This document shows positions 10,525 through 23,100 of a DNA stretch of 64,000 bases, one piece after another. The notes beneath the pieces were generated by a model. The model worked only from the letters and a program-made list of their open reading frames with translations, was not told the origin of the DNA and made no database searches. The position numbers were made by a program, and so were the translations under genes. How positions within the stretch are numbered: the stretch's first letter is position 1; every line of letters starts with the position of its first letter. The stretch lies in the NCBI GenBank assembly GCA_032128875.1, contig JAVLKG010000010.1, positions 160,996 to 224,995 of the forward strand. The letters run 5' to 3'. This DNA comes from Candidatus Melainabacteria bacterium 17Bon1m (GTDB taxonomy: Bacteria; Cyanobacteriota; Vampirovibrionia; Obscuribacterales; Obscuribacteraceae).

Positions 10525-11080
10525 CGAAAAGAATCAAAGAGACTTCACGCCACCGCCATCGTCGGGAACACCCCCGGCGCAACAAGACCCTCAAGGTGTT
10601 CAGGCCAATCAGGCACTTCCTCCCGATCAACTTCCATTAGTCGATGAACTAGGCATCGTGGATGTTGATGATCCGCTTGCCGGCGGGCGTGGCCGACTCT
10701 TTTCTGCTGCCGGTCGTTTTTCACCACTCATTGAATTCACTGACAAGCATGTAATTATGCATCCTCCGCAGTTACCGTTTTCAGAAGATGGTCCGGCAGA
10801 AGAAATTGTCATGAAAGTCGATGAACGCGGCGTTTTGCTCGACGAGCTAGGTGTCGCAAAACACGTTGCCGGCGCGAGATTCAATGGTGAAGTACTTTGG
10901 TATCTCGGTGAACAATTGCCTGGCACAACGAAGTACTTGGTGTGCTGGTTCGACAAACAAGGCAAAGCGCACAAACTCTATGTCAATGAAGAACCGCTTA
11001 CCGTCGACGTTGTATTCAGACTGAGAAACAAGACTCACGACGGCGAGCTTTCATTTTTCGCAGATGTGACGACGGACTAA
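10517..11080 (+). CDS. Hypothetical protein, probably translationally coupled to the upstream ATPase
   Basis: 187-aa ORF whose start overlaps the ATPase stop by 8 bp (ATGCCTGA). Confidence 0.75.
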   Translation: MPDEKNQRDFTPPPSSGTPPAQQDPQGVQANQALPPDQLPLVDELGIVDVDDPLAGGRGRLFSAAGRFSPLIEFTDKHVIMHPPQLPFSEDGPAEEIVMKVDERGVLLDELGVAKHVAGARFNGEVLWYLGEQLPGTTKYLVCWFDKQGKAHKLYVNEEPLTVDVVFRLRNKTHDGELSFFADVTTD

Positions 11081-11087
11081 AGCGTCG

Positions 11088-11106
11088 GGGTGCGTTGCAC
11101 GCGCCC
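11088..11106. repeat. REP-like palindrome GGGTGCGTTGCACGCGCCC
   Basis: GC-rich imperfect palindrome between convergent genes; same family as the element at 32793-32855. Confidence 0.5.
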
Positions 11107-11183
11107 ATTTTGCAGGGTTGACTCCACGCGCCGACCGTTTCTACTTATGCAGTCGACTCATGGCGTCGACCCTAACATTAATC

Positions 11184-14100
11184 CTAAGCAGTTAAGCGCT
11201 TACCAGCGAGGAACTTACGGCAGTACTCTTGCCAGTTGGATTGCAAGTCGTTGTGAATAAGCTCTTGTGCAGCCGATGCAGGCAGATCGATTGGCATTGT
11301 TCTTTGCTTGCCGTCGGATGCAAACTCGTGGCGAACTGAAGTGTTTTCGTTGATCTCGTACGAGAGAATCGGAATCCAAACTTCTCCAGTCAGTACTTCA
11401 AGTTGAGTACGGATGCTGTTGCCGTCCGGCGATGTCGATTCGACAACGCGGCAATTCTCGCCGAGTTTTTCAATCAAGCTATTGAGGATTGTCTCTTCAA
11501 CCCACTTACGTTCAACAGGATCAAGATTTTCAGAAAGTACGTTGAACGAGTTGGCTTTGCCGCCCGTGACGACAGTATTATCGTCATCACCACCGTCCAG
11601 TGAAATGGTGGACGCTTCACTGACATCTTCCTGAACAATACGAGGAACAGGCACAGCAGATGTAATGGTTGCCGTCTTCGTTGAGGCAGCAATGAGTGGT
11701 TGGTTCACAACTTCAACATCAACTTCTTTACCGATTCCATTGAACGAATATGTGCAACCGGGGCAACTGCTTGCTTCGGTTGTGGTCAGGCGATGGCATT
11801 GCGGGCACTGACGGCTGGCGGTTTCGAACTTGGAAGAACTCCAGCTTGTGATGCTTTCGCCTCTCATGCGATCGCGGTATTGGGCAATTTCTTCAGTCGT
11901 CGGCAGGACGATTTGTGTACCGCGTCGCAATGCAGCGGTCGGAACGCCCTTATGGTCCGTCGTCGTCGGCAAGCCGTTCTTCTCTGCCAGCAATTTCCAG
12001 AGAGTGACATCACCCAATTGCGGGTGCTTCATGGCGACGGAGCGCAGCGTATCACCCAGTCTGACGTTGTACTTCTGACTTGCGGTGTCGACAGCGTTGC
12101 CGATCTTGCCCAGCAATTTCTCAACATTGGCTCTGCGCTGATCGGCAGCAGCCTTGGCGTCGATAGAAACAACATTCTCGCCGGACGAATCTTGCGCAGT
12201 GAAGAGTTCCAATCGTTGTTGTTGACGGAATTCCCTGATTTGTCGGGGGCTCGGCAGAGTAAGGACGATGCCTTCTTTGACGACGTAAACTTTCTTGCCG
12301 TTGACCATCTTGATCTCGATCTTGTCCTTGTTGATTTGATAAATCAAATCGGCAAGTTTTGGATCGCGCAGACGCTTGGCTGCAATCGACTCGATGGTAT
12401 CGTTCGGGCGCACCAGGTATTTGGTTTGCTTGTTGTCCTGACGAACCTGTTCTTCTTTCTTCTGTTGTTCGGCCCAGAACGCATCCTGACGCGCCTTGGT
12501 GATAGCGTCGTTTTCGCGACGGTTTGCAAGCGCAGTAAGCATCGTGTCTGTGAGCTTTTTCGAATTCTCTTCGTCTTTCTCTTTCTTCTCGCGCTCGGCT
12601 TCATCGCGTTGCTTGTAGCCCTCCATCTCTTTCTCTTTGAGATCGGCAATGAGCTCGGCGTGGCGCCTGTAAGTATCGTCTTCGCGTTCTTTCGATTCGC
12701 GAATGTCTTCCGCGATATCGGCATACTTGCGATCTTCGGCTTGAACAGCTTCTTTGTAGTCGGTTTGACGTTCATCAGAGAGATGCTGGATGAGCGCATT
12801 AATAGCCGACTGCGTTTCCTGAGCCATTGCGATCGCTTCGGCATGGGAAACTTGGCTATTTTGATCGTTCTCGAAGCCTCGACCTTTCAGCCCCTCTGCA
12901 CCGTCGTAATGAACGACATCTTGGTGCTCTCTGACGCGATTTTCGTAATCGCTAAGCAGGCTGCCTGAACTGTCCTTCGGATCTTCCTTCTCGTCAATGA
13001 TGATCGGCTTGGGCTCAGCCTTCGGTTCAGCGTGTTCGGGGCGCATCGGCTCGAAATTGACATCGAGTTTGTTGGCGATGTCTTCCGGCTCTTCTTGCTT
13101 TTGCGCAGCAATCGGATTTTGCTGCGGCTGTTGTTGATGTGTTTGTTGAACAGGATTGAGCGGATCGCTTCCTGCCGCAGGAGCCGGTGCGGAAGGCGTG
13201 CTCGAAGTCGGCGCAACTGGCTCGAACGGCAAAGGAGGTGTCGGCTGCGGAGTGAAGTTGCCCGGAGCGTTCGGGTTCGGAACACTCGGGACATATGGAT
13301 CGTTAATCGGAGTGTTCGGATATCCGCCCGGGTTCAGTGGATCGCCATAGTTCACAGGAGGCTGCGTAGGCGTTCCATAATTAGGCACCGTGCCGACATA
13401 AGGGTCGGTCATAGGTGGCGTGATTGGCGGCGTTATAGGCACCTGTGTTCCACTATAGATCTGTCCACTATCGACAGGCGGAACGAAAGCCGGCGTGCTG
13501 CTATTGCCACCATATACGAGGCGAGAACCGTCGTCATTGTAAATGACGTTGGTACCGTCGGGAGTGACAGTCCTTACAATCTGGCCAATCGGGTCATACC
13601 AATGCTCTGCACCATAGGGGTCGACATAAGAACCGCTGTTAGTCGGGACAATGCCAGTGTTTGTCTGCTGTGGTGGCTGGTATTCAGGCGTGTAAGGATT
13701 CGGCTGAACCACCGGCACAGAGGTGGTGGGGGTTCCGCCACCAAAATCAATTCGTACAGGACCAAGACCAACGTGTACAGTCGGATCGCCGGTGTAAGGG
13801 TTGATGCCGATGCCTACATTAACGTCGCCGTTGCCGATATTGATCGGGTATTGCGGTTGTTGCGTTTGTTGTGAACCATCGTAATTGGTCGGATACTGCA
13901 CTCCAGTGGCGGGTACAGTTGTGAATGGGTCCGTCGTTGATGGTGCTTGCCCAGACTGCGTCTGAGTGGGCTGCTGTTGGGTACCTCCATTGGTCCCTGC
14001 GGCTGGTTGAACCTCCACAGTGCCAGTGCTTTGTGCCGGTGGCAGCAGATGTCCGTCGAGATCGGTCCACAGAACACTACCATTACCAGATGGCACGTTG

Positions 14101-17100
14101 GTAGCTGGTGTGCCGTCCGGATTGACGTAAGTGATTCTCGTGTTGCCACTAGAAGCTTGAGCTGCGGTCTCTGGATCAGCCATTATGACTGTAGTTCCGC
14201 CTTGCGGTGGCGTGTAGCCGGCAGGCACAACAAACTGGATTTCAAAGTCGCCGGCCGGAGTTTTGACACCAGCACCAAGACGAATTACAAGAGTTGAATC
14301 GGATGTTCCTTGCGGTGCACTACCAAGTTCAATTCTGAACGTGCCACCAGCTTGCGAACCGCTGCCAGAGCCGACGTTGAGTACAGGCGAGTCGCCAGGA
14401 TTAAATGTATAAGTTGGCTTTCCTGTCGTATCCGCAGCTACGGACCAAGTGCTTCCGCCGGATTTGGTGCCCGAATCAACAGGCAACGCGATAGGCGGTT
14501 TTACCTGAGAAGGATCGTAGACGAAACCATCGTTGGTTTGAGTGTATGTCTTGCCCGCTTCACCAGGAGCATATGTCGTGACGGAGATGACCTTGCCGGT
14601 CTGCGGATCATTGACAGTGCTGACCAACATACCAGTCTTCGTGTTGAACGCGATTGTTGTGACAACCCCGCCATTATTGTCTGTGGCAGTGGCGACAATT
14701 GTGCCGCTCTTGTCTGTCGTGACGGAATAGGTCGGTTGAGATGCGGAACTACTCGAACCCGCTGATACAGGTGCAGTCGTAACAACTTTGATGTTCGGAT
14801 CGTTTGTTGGCGTTTGAACCTTCGACGGCTCTGATGTTGTTGGTTTTGTATTAGTAGGATCAGCCGTGCCAGTGCTTGCCTGTTTGGGAGCATTCGGATC
14901 AGCGCTAGCTGCCGCAGGCAATTGCTTAACTCCGGTCGGATCTGCAGTGGTGCTTGTGTTTTGTTTTTGCTCTTGAGTGCCACTAGAAGTGGTGCCGGCA
15001 GCAGGCTTACCTGACGGATCGCTGGTGACGGCTCCCGTGCCTGCAACAACCTTGCTTGGGTCGATAGAGACCGAAACACCCGTCTTCGGATCGGTGATAG
15101 TAACGGCGCCAGTCTTCGGATCCGCGGTGACAACAGGACCGGTCTTCGGATCTGTGGCAACGGGCGTACCAGTCTTCGGATCGGTCGCAACTGGAGAGCC
15201 AGTCTTCGGATCTTGAACTACGCTTCCAGTGTTGGAAGTTCCGCTTGCGGTGGTCGACTTGGCGGGATCTGTAGCTGTTGGTGTTGTCGAAGTCGTCGTT
15301 GTCGGCGACTTGGGATCGATGGAAGTGGTAGTCGTCGACGTTGTAGTAGTTGTCTTCGACGGGTCTTGAGAAACTGGCGAGCTTGTTTTCGGATCGGTTG
15401 CGATCGGTGCACCGGTCTTCGGATCCGTTGCGACTGGGGAGCCAGTCTTCGGATCTGTAGCGACTGGAGAACCAGTTTTCGGATCAGTAGATATGGAACC
15501 AGTTGTGGTGCTCTTCGCGGGGTCTGCGGAAACTGGAGTGCCAGTCTTCGGATCGGTTGCGATTGGTGCACCGGTTTTAGGATCCGTTGCGACTGGAGAG
15601 CCAGTTTTCGGATCGGTGGAAACATTGCCAGGTGTAGTGCTCTTCGCAGGATCAGCGGAAACTGGAGTGCCAGTCTTCGGATCGGTTGCAATCGGTGCAC
15701 CGGTCTTTGGATCTGTCGCGACTGGAGTTCCAGTCTTCGGATCGTTCGCAACTGGTTGACCCGTCTTCGGATCTGTCGCAACAGGAGTTGTGCTCTTCGC
15801 TGGGTCAGCGGTGGTGGGCGTTCCCGTCTTCGGATCGGTCGCGACTGGTGTTCCAGTTTTTGGATCTGTAGCAACTGGTTGTCCAGTCTTCGGATCAGTA
15901 GCGACTGGTGTAGCGTTCTTCGCCGGATCTGTTGCAACCGGCTGACCCGTCTTCGGATCGGTCGCGACTGGTGTTCCAGTTTTTGGATCTGTAGCAACTG
16001 GTTGTCCAGTCTTCGGATCGGTCGCGACTGGAGTAGCGCTCTTCGCTGGATCTGTTGCAACCGGCTGACCAGTCTTCGGATCGGTCGCAACTGGAGTTCC
16101 AGTTTTTGGATCTGTAGCAACTGGTTGTCCAGTCTTCGGATCGGTCGCAACTGGAGTTCCAGTTTTCGGATCTGTTGCAACCGGCTGACCCGTCTTCGGA
16201 TCGGTAGCCACAACTGCACCAGTCTTCGGATCCGTAGCAACAGGAGCGCCAGTCTTAGGATCTGTTGCCGCTGGAACAGAGCTCTTCGCAGGATCGGCAT
16301 TGGTTGTTGTACCGGTCTTCGGATCTGTGGTCACCGGAGCGCCAGTCTTCGGATCTGTCGCGACAACTGCACCAGTCTTCGGATCTGTAGTTACGGCCGT
16401 CCCAGTCTTAGGATCGGTCGCGGTGGCAGTACCAGCCTTCGGATCAGTCGTTACCGCCGCCCCAGTCTTAGGATCTGCTGTGGTGGCAGTACCAGCCTTC
16501 GGGTCTGTTGAAACGACGGCCCCAGTTTTAGGATCAACATGCGTCGTAGCGCTCTTAGGATCAACAGTAGTTGTTGTTCCAGCAGGTGCAGTGCCCTTAG
16601 CCAAGTCAACATTAGAGGTGGTGCCAGCCTTCGGATCGACATTGGTACCGGCGGTAGCAGTACCGCCCTTCGGATCGACATTGGTGCCGGCAGAGGCAGT
16701 AGCCTTAGGATCAGCACTCGTTCCAGTATTTGTGCCGGCCTTCGGATCAACGTTGGTTCCGGCATTTGGGCCAGCCTTCGGATCAACGGTGGTTCCAGCA
16801 TTTGCTCCAGCCTTCGGATCAACGGCTGTTCCGGCATTTGCACCGGACTTCGGATCAGCGGCAGTACCTGTATTAGTGCCGTTACCAGTAGTGCCACCAG
16901 TGAGTATCTTCGAAGGATCGATTGCGACAACACTGCCTGTTCCAGTGCCTGTTTTCAAAGGATCTTGAGTATTACCTGTGGTAGGCGGAACAACGATTTG
17001 CCCACCCTGTTTAATGACTTCAGTATTAACCGGCACTGACGGATCAGTACGCAGTCCAAGCTGTGCAGCTTTGTCTGGAGGGAGCATCAACGCAAGCTCA

Positions 17101-20100
17101 CCGACCCGATCTTTCGGCATATTAGCGATAATGCCGCGGAGTTGATCAACAGACATGTTCGACAGTTCGTTGTTAGAAAGCGCTTTGCCATCAACAACCG
17201 TGATCTTGCCGTCAGCCGTTGTATAGTTACGCAGTTCGGCCGCCATAATCGGCTTACCTTGGGAATCTACAAGAACTTTACCGTCAGCTGTTGTTGCTTG
17301 ACCTTGCGAATTGACACCAGTAATGGTGGCAGTAGTAACCTGGCCCGATGGGTTAAGAGGCATCGCCTTGATGTCTGTCGCACCCTTGATGTCTGTGGCA
17401 CCCTTCACATCCGCACCAGTCACCACGTCACGCTGGTGCTCAGTATTGCCCGAGACTACAGGCTGTTTGACTACAACTGGCTCGCGGCGATCGGCTTCAA
17501 CGACCGGCGCGCTAGCGGCAACTCTGATGTGTTCGATTTCAGCACGGATGGCTTGTGCTTCTTGCTCGTAGCGACCCGCGGCAGCGTTAACCTGCGTCTT
17601 GATGGTTTCAATTGGAGTCTGCTCTCTCAAAGCGGTATTGGCTTGTTCGAGGCGTTTTTCCGCAGCTACAACTGCTGCTTGCGCGGTTTCCACTTTCTGA
17701 GTTGCAGCAGTTACTGCATCTGACATTGTCTTGAGCTTGGCTTGCTCTGTCTCGAGGCGCGCGGTTGCGGCTTGCAATTTCTCTTCTGCCGCTTTCTTGT
17801 CAGCTAGTTGCTGAGCTGTTGGCTGAGTAGTTTGCTGTTGCTGTTGTTGCTTTTGCTGATCTAACGCGGCTTGGGCATCGGCTTTTGCTTTTTGAGCATC
17901 TGCAACTTGTTTTGTTTGCTCGGCAAGTTGCTTGTTCGCTTGATCCAGTTTTTGAGCTTCACTGGTCGCCTGGGCCTTGGCAGTTTCAACAGCCCTTTGC
18001 TCGACCTGACGTTGCGCTTGCAGTGCGTTGTTGTTTGCTTCAGCAACAGCCACTTTGGCTCGCTCGGCGAGCGCCGCATTCTCTTTAGACTCTGCCTGAA
18101 CTTGCAGAATCGCTTGTCGGTACGATTCGGCTTGTGCGATTGCTTTCTGTTGCTCGACGGGGTTGGCCAGCTGATCTGCAACTCTTCTTTGTGTTTCTGC
18201 CACGACACGCAATTCTTCAGCTTTCGCAATTTGCGTGTTGCTTTGAACTTGCAAGGCTTCTTGCCGTGAGCGTTCTGCGTCAGCAATTTTGCGCGTGATT
18301 TCAGCTTGACGCTGCACATCAGCGGTGCTGAGATCGCTTCTGCCTGCCAAAGCGGCAGCGTCGCGTCTCAATGTTTCCAATTGCTGATTGGCTAAAAACT
18401 GTTGACTGCGAGCAAGGTCGAGACTTACTTGCGACGCTTCTACCTTTTGCTGTTGTTGTTGCAAAACAGTCGCTGCGGCATCTAGCTTAGCAAGATCAGT
18501 GTTAGCAGTCGTGAGTTTCTTAGCAGCTTCAACAGCAGCAGCATCAGCCGCGGCTTTTGCTTGATTACGAGCTTGCTCGAATGTAGGCACATCAGCCTGG
18601 GGACCACCCGCGCGAACAGGAGTGACCGGTTGCTGATCCGCTGGAACACGTGCCAGTGCTTCTTGTCTGGCTTTAATTGATGCATCGACACCAGCCGGAA
18701 CTGTCGCGGCACCATCCTTCTTGACCTCAACGGGCACGATTCCGCTGTTCGGCAGAGGAGTTGCTCCGCGATTGACGACAACTGGCTCGTTGCTCTTTGT
18801 GGTACCAGCAATAGTGCCATCAGGATTTCTGACGACTGGTCCTTCATTTGTTTTACCGGTGCCAGGATTGAGCACGCCACCACCAAGCGGACCGCCTGCA
18901 TTCAGATTGACTTTCTCTGGCGCGACGACTGTTGGTGGCTTATCAGTGATGGAACCATTCATGTTCAGCTGTCTAGTCGCGCCGCCGGCGCCAGTGGTCG
19001 TGATTTCAGCTTGACCGACTGAGGTGGTGGTGTTGACTGTGATTTTGCCGTTCTGAACAATCGGGTTGGCGATGGATTCTGGGGTTTCAATGCCATTTTT
19101 GTAAGTGCGCGTCGTGAACTTATCGCTGTTCACGTCCTGATGCATAACAGTGGTTTGACCGGTTTTTGCATCATAGACTCTGACGTCAGTACCAGTTGGT
19201 CCAACGGTTACGTCGCGTTTAACACCATTCACTTCTGCTTGAGAGTAAGTAGTTGTCTTGCCGTCAGCACTGATATGAATGCTCGAATTGTCGGTGTTGA
19301 AAATGGTCTTCTCGTTGTTGGCGTGGTCTATCTTGACCGGCTTGCCATCAGCTCCGACCCAGGTGCGATCGCCATTGGCCGCATTAACCTGCAGGGAGAT
19401 TTTTTGATTTTCAGCTCCAGCAACAGCAACCCACTCGCCATTATTGTTGAGCTGAACCTTGCTCCATGTGCCGTCCTTATTCATCTGCATACCTTCGAAT
19501 CCATTGGAAACGAAGGTCGGACCTGTTACGCCTTGTGGACGATCAGCAGCTGGTCTGGGATCGTCAAACTTGGTTGGAGTGGCTAAGAGACCAGCTTGAG
19601 TGCTGATGATCTCGCCCTTTTCATTGCGATTGATAATTCGATCGGGGAAGATGTCCGCGATTGAACCTGTGGGAGCTGAAGTTCTGAACGATTCAGTCGA
19701 AGCGCCTGTGGCTTGTCTGACAGTCCAACTGCCATCTTTAAAGATGCTGACTGCACCTGTTTTCTCATCGACGAGAATAGAATTAGCTTTCTCATCCGTC
19801 GCTGTCCACTTCATGACTGGCAATTGGTTTTCACCAAGCTTCGGCTTGCCGGCCTCATCCAGCTCCATCGTGCCTGTCATTCTTTGCCAGCCGGTTACTT
19901 TGCCATTCTCGACAGTGGCTTGCCAGCGCTCATTGCCTTTTGTCATGCCAATGATTTGGCCGGAAGAATCACGCTCGATCTGCGTGTAATTGTTGAGCAT
20001 GTCACCAGTATTGGTTCCAACAATTCCGCTCAGCTTACCTTGCTTATCCTTCATCAAGATCGAGCCGTCTAACTGCAATTCTGCAGTTCTTCCATCAACG

Positions 20101-23100
20101 AGCGTCATGCGCGGACGTCCGTTGTCACCGACGTTGAACTCGCCGACCTTCGTCTTCGGATCAAAATTTGCGTCTTTGTAAGCGACGTTGAGTCCATCTT
20201 CTTGACGGACAAACAACTCCATCGGCTTTCCATTGACTAAGATCGGATTGCCTTGAGCATCTTTGACTGTGACATGCGACATTTCCGGCTTGGTCAGATT
20301 ATTGTCTGGACCAGGCATGGTGTATTCGTATGAAATTTTCTTGCCGGATTGATCGATGGAGTCACGCAACACCTGCTGCATGCCGCCATCTTTATCTTTG
20401 TATGAGTCATAGTTGAGTACCATGCCATCGGGCTTGGTTACTCGCATCTTACCGTCACCCAGTTTTTCGATGGTGTCACCACCAATCATCTTTTGGGAGA
20501 ATGAATCTTTAGTTACCGTCAGTGTAAATGACGATTCAACTGGCTTGCCGTCTTTCTTGACAGGCTTGTCGGAGTACTCATCGACCAGGCTCCACTTTTG
20601 TCCATCTGTTGTTTTCCAAATGCCGCGCTCGTCAGAAAAACGAGAGATGCCGCCAGGTATTTTGTCGTCGTACTCAAAGGTGTTGTAATTGCCAGAACCA
20701 TCTTGCAGGCGTTCTACACGACCATAGCGATCAGTACTGATACTTCTGCTTGTGGTGTCATTGTGCGACTCGAGACGAGTAGCTCCGTCGGCCAGATATG
20801 TCTCGTAATGTCCATTTCCTGATATAGCCAGATAGCCGTCGTTAGCGGCAATGACGGACATTCCTGAACGCACAGTTTGTGGCTTAGTTCCTTTGTCCGT
20901 ACCGGTCCAATTCTCGCCGTCAGTGGTCGTGTACTGAGAACCGTTTTGGAGCTTGAGCGTGGTTTGCTCGCCGATGACGTTGCCTTCGTCATCAGTGATT
21001 GGAGTGCGTGTGAAGGTATGGATATCACCATTGCCTTGTTTGATTTGCTCGAGCTGACCTTTGCTGTTCGAGATCGTTTCGGATCCATCACCGTTGTAGC
21101 GATAGACTTGACCAGTAGACGCATCGGTATACTTGAGATTTCCGAGAGCCCAGCTCTTAGTCTGCTCGACATTTACATCTTTTACGACAGCCTTGCCATC
21201 GGTATATGTGCCGTCGTCTTGTCGTTTGAACTCACGACCGTCCGGCATCTTGAATGCAGTCAGATTGCCATCTTTGTCATGCGTGTACTCAAAGCGTTCG
21301 GCCGGTGAATCTTTCTTTTCACCGGGAGCATTAACAGCTTTCAAGTAACCATCGGTACCGACTTCAAGGGTGGTTCCGTCGTTGCGCTCAACAAATCGGC
21401 TTCCGTCGAGATGGGAAATGTCGCGCTTTCCGTTGAAATCGGTGAATATGACATCGCCGGTATGTTGGTCAACAGTTACGTTGCCACTGCGTGAATCGTC
21501 GGTTTTGTTGTTGGTCCAAATTCCGTCTTTGTTTGTCCAGGTCTTGCCTTGATAGTCCTTGAACTGAGTCGGGTTGCCATCTTTATCCCACGAGGTGAAT
21601 TCAGTAGTCTCGCCTCTGGCATTTGTGACGCGAACGATTTGTCCATTGTCATTGCGTTCGATTGCGCCGGACAAAGTCGGATCTTCAATGCGCTGGGTGC
21701 CGTCGGTAAGCTCAGATACAGTGCCCCATTGTCCATTTTCAAGCTTCGTACTGTAGCTGTATTCGCCTCTGTCATTGACAGAAATCTTGCCGTCCCAGGT
21801 AATCGGCTGCCCTTTGTCATTGAGGACTGGCTTGCCGTCTTTCGTTCTAGTGTATGTACGACCATTGTCGCCTTCCGGCTTGCTCAAGTCGGTAGTCCAC
21901 GTTCCTTCGCGGTTCGTGACGCTTTGAACTTCTAGTTTGCCGTCTGTCGTTCTGCCGTAAGTGAAGTCGAAATTCTTGCCGTCGGCCGTTGTGACGTGTG
22001 TGACTTTATCGACCTGGACCTGCTGTCCATTGACCATGTCAATCATTTGCTGGGAAGTGACGACAGAGCCATCAGTATTGCGGCGCTCGGTGACACCGTC
22101 TGCGACCTTCACGGAATAACTACCGTCGTAGTTAATCTGCGCTTTGCCGTCGGCGCCCAACATCACATTGTCTTCAGGTCGCACCCACTTGCCGTCTACG
22201 TTGCGGTACTCACCAACTTGCTTCGCATCTTTGGCTTGGTGAACGAATATCGAAGAAGCTTCACCGGTCGCTGCATCATAGGTATATGTCGCAAGCGGCT
22301 TGTTGTTGGAGTCGAAGGTTTGAGTCGGACGACCCATCGCGTCGAGTTCTACTCTCGACTTATCGACGTTGACGACTTCACGGCTTCCGTCCTGGCGGAC
22401 AGTAACTTCTCTGCCGCCGGCGCTCGTGTAGGAGACATTACCTGTCGCAGCATCAAAGGTGAGCCTGCTGCCTGAATACTCGATGCCATTTTGGTCGGTG
22501 ACTTTGTTGACGACGCCATCTGCGCGAGTGTCGACAGAGTAGCGAACATCGGTTCCTGGCACAGCAGGATATTCCGAGTGAGTCGTTCCGTCTGGTCTGT
22601 GAGTGACACGAGCACCAGCAACTGCATTGGCGCCGTCACCTTCGAACTTGGTGAAAGTGACCTGACCGGGCTCTGGCTTGTCTGTTTCAATGCGACCGCG
22701 CCAGGTCTGCCCGTTGGCCAACGTGTACTCGTTGTAGGTTTCTCCGTTTTTGCCCACCAAACCTTGCTGGGAGAGCTTCATCGCAGCTTGGTCGCTGGTA
22801 CCGGTCTTGAAGGCAGTTATTTCGCCGTCGGCGCCGCGCTCGAATGTGGTCGTGCGACCTTGGGCGTCGACAACTTTGGTCAGCTGCTGAGCATCGTTGC
22901 GTTCGACCGAGCTTCCAGCAGTCGTACCGGCCGGGGAGGTTTTGTCTGGAGTGAATTTAGCGGGAAACTTCTGATCCGCGGCGGAATCAAACATTTCAGG
23001 TGTCGCACCGAACTGGGTGGGCACCTCAGTTTTGGTTTCCGGCGGCTTTTCCTTCAGGTACTGCAGGGGATCCAGCTGCGTGTCTTTCTCCGGAGCCGGC

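Noticed and set aside
2650-11080. Canonical conjugative element (ICE) or HerA-NurA repair operon
   Set aside because: No relaxase, integrase, mating-pair genes or NurA recognised in the window.
15080-16860. Possible CRISPR array (regular ~30-bp periodicity)
   Set aside because: Units are in-frame coding repeats with synonymous variation and no unique spacers; no cas genes seen.
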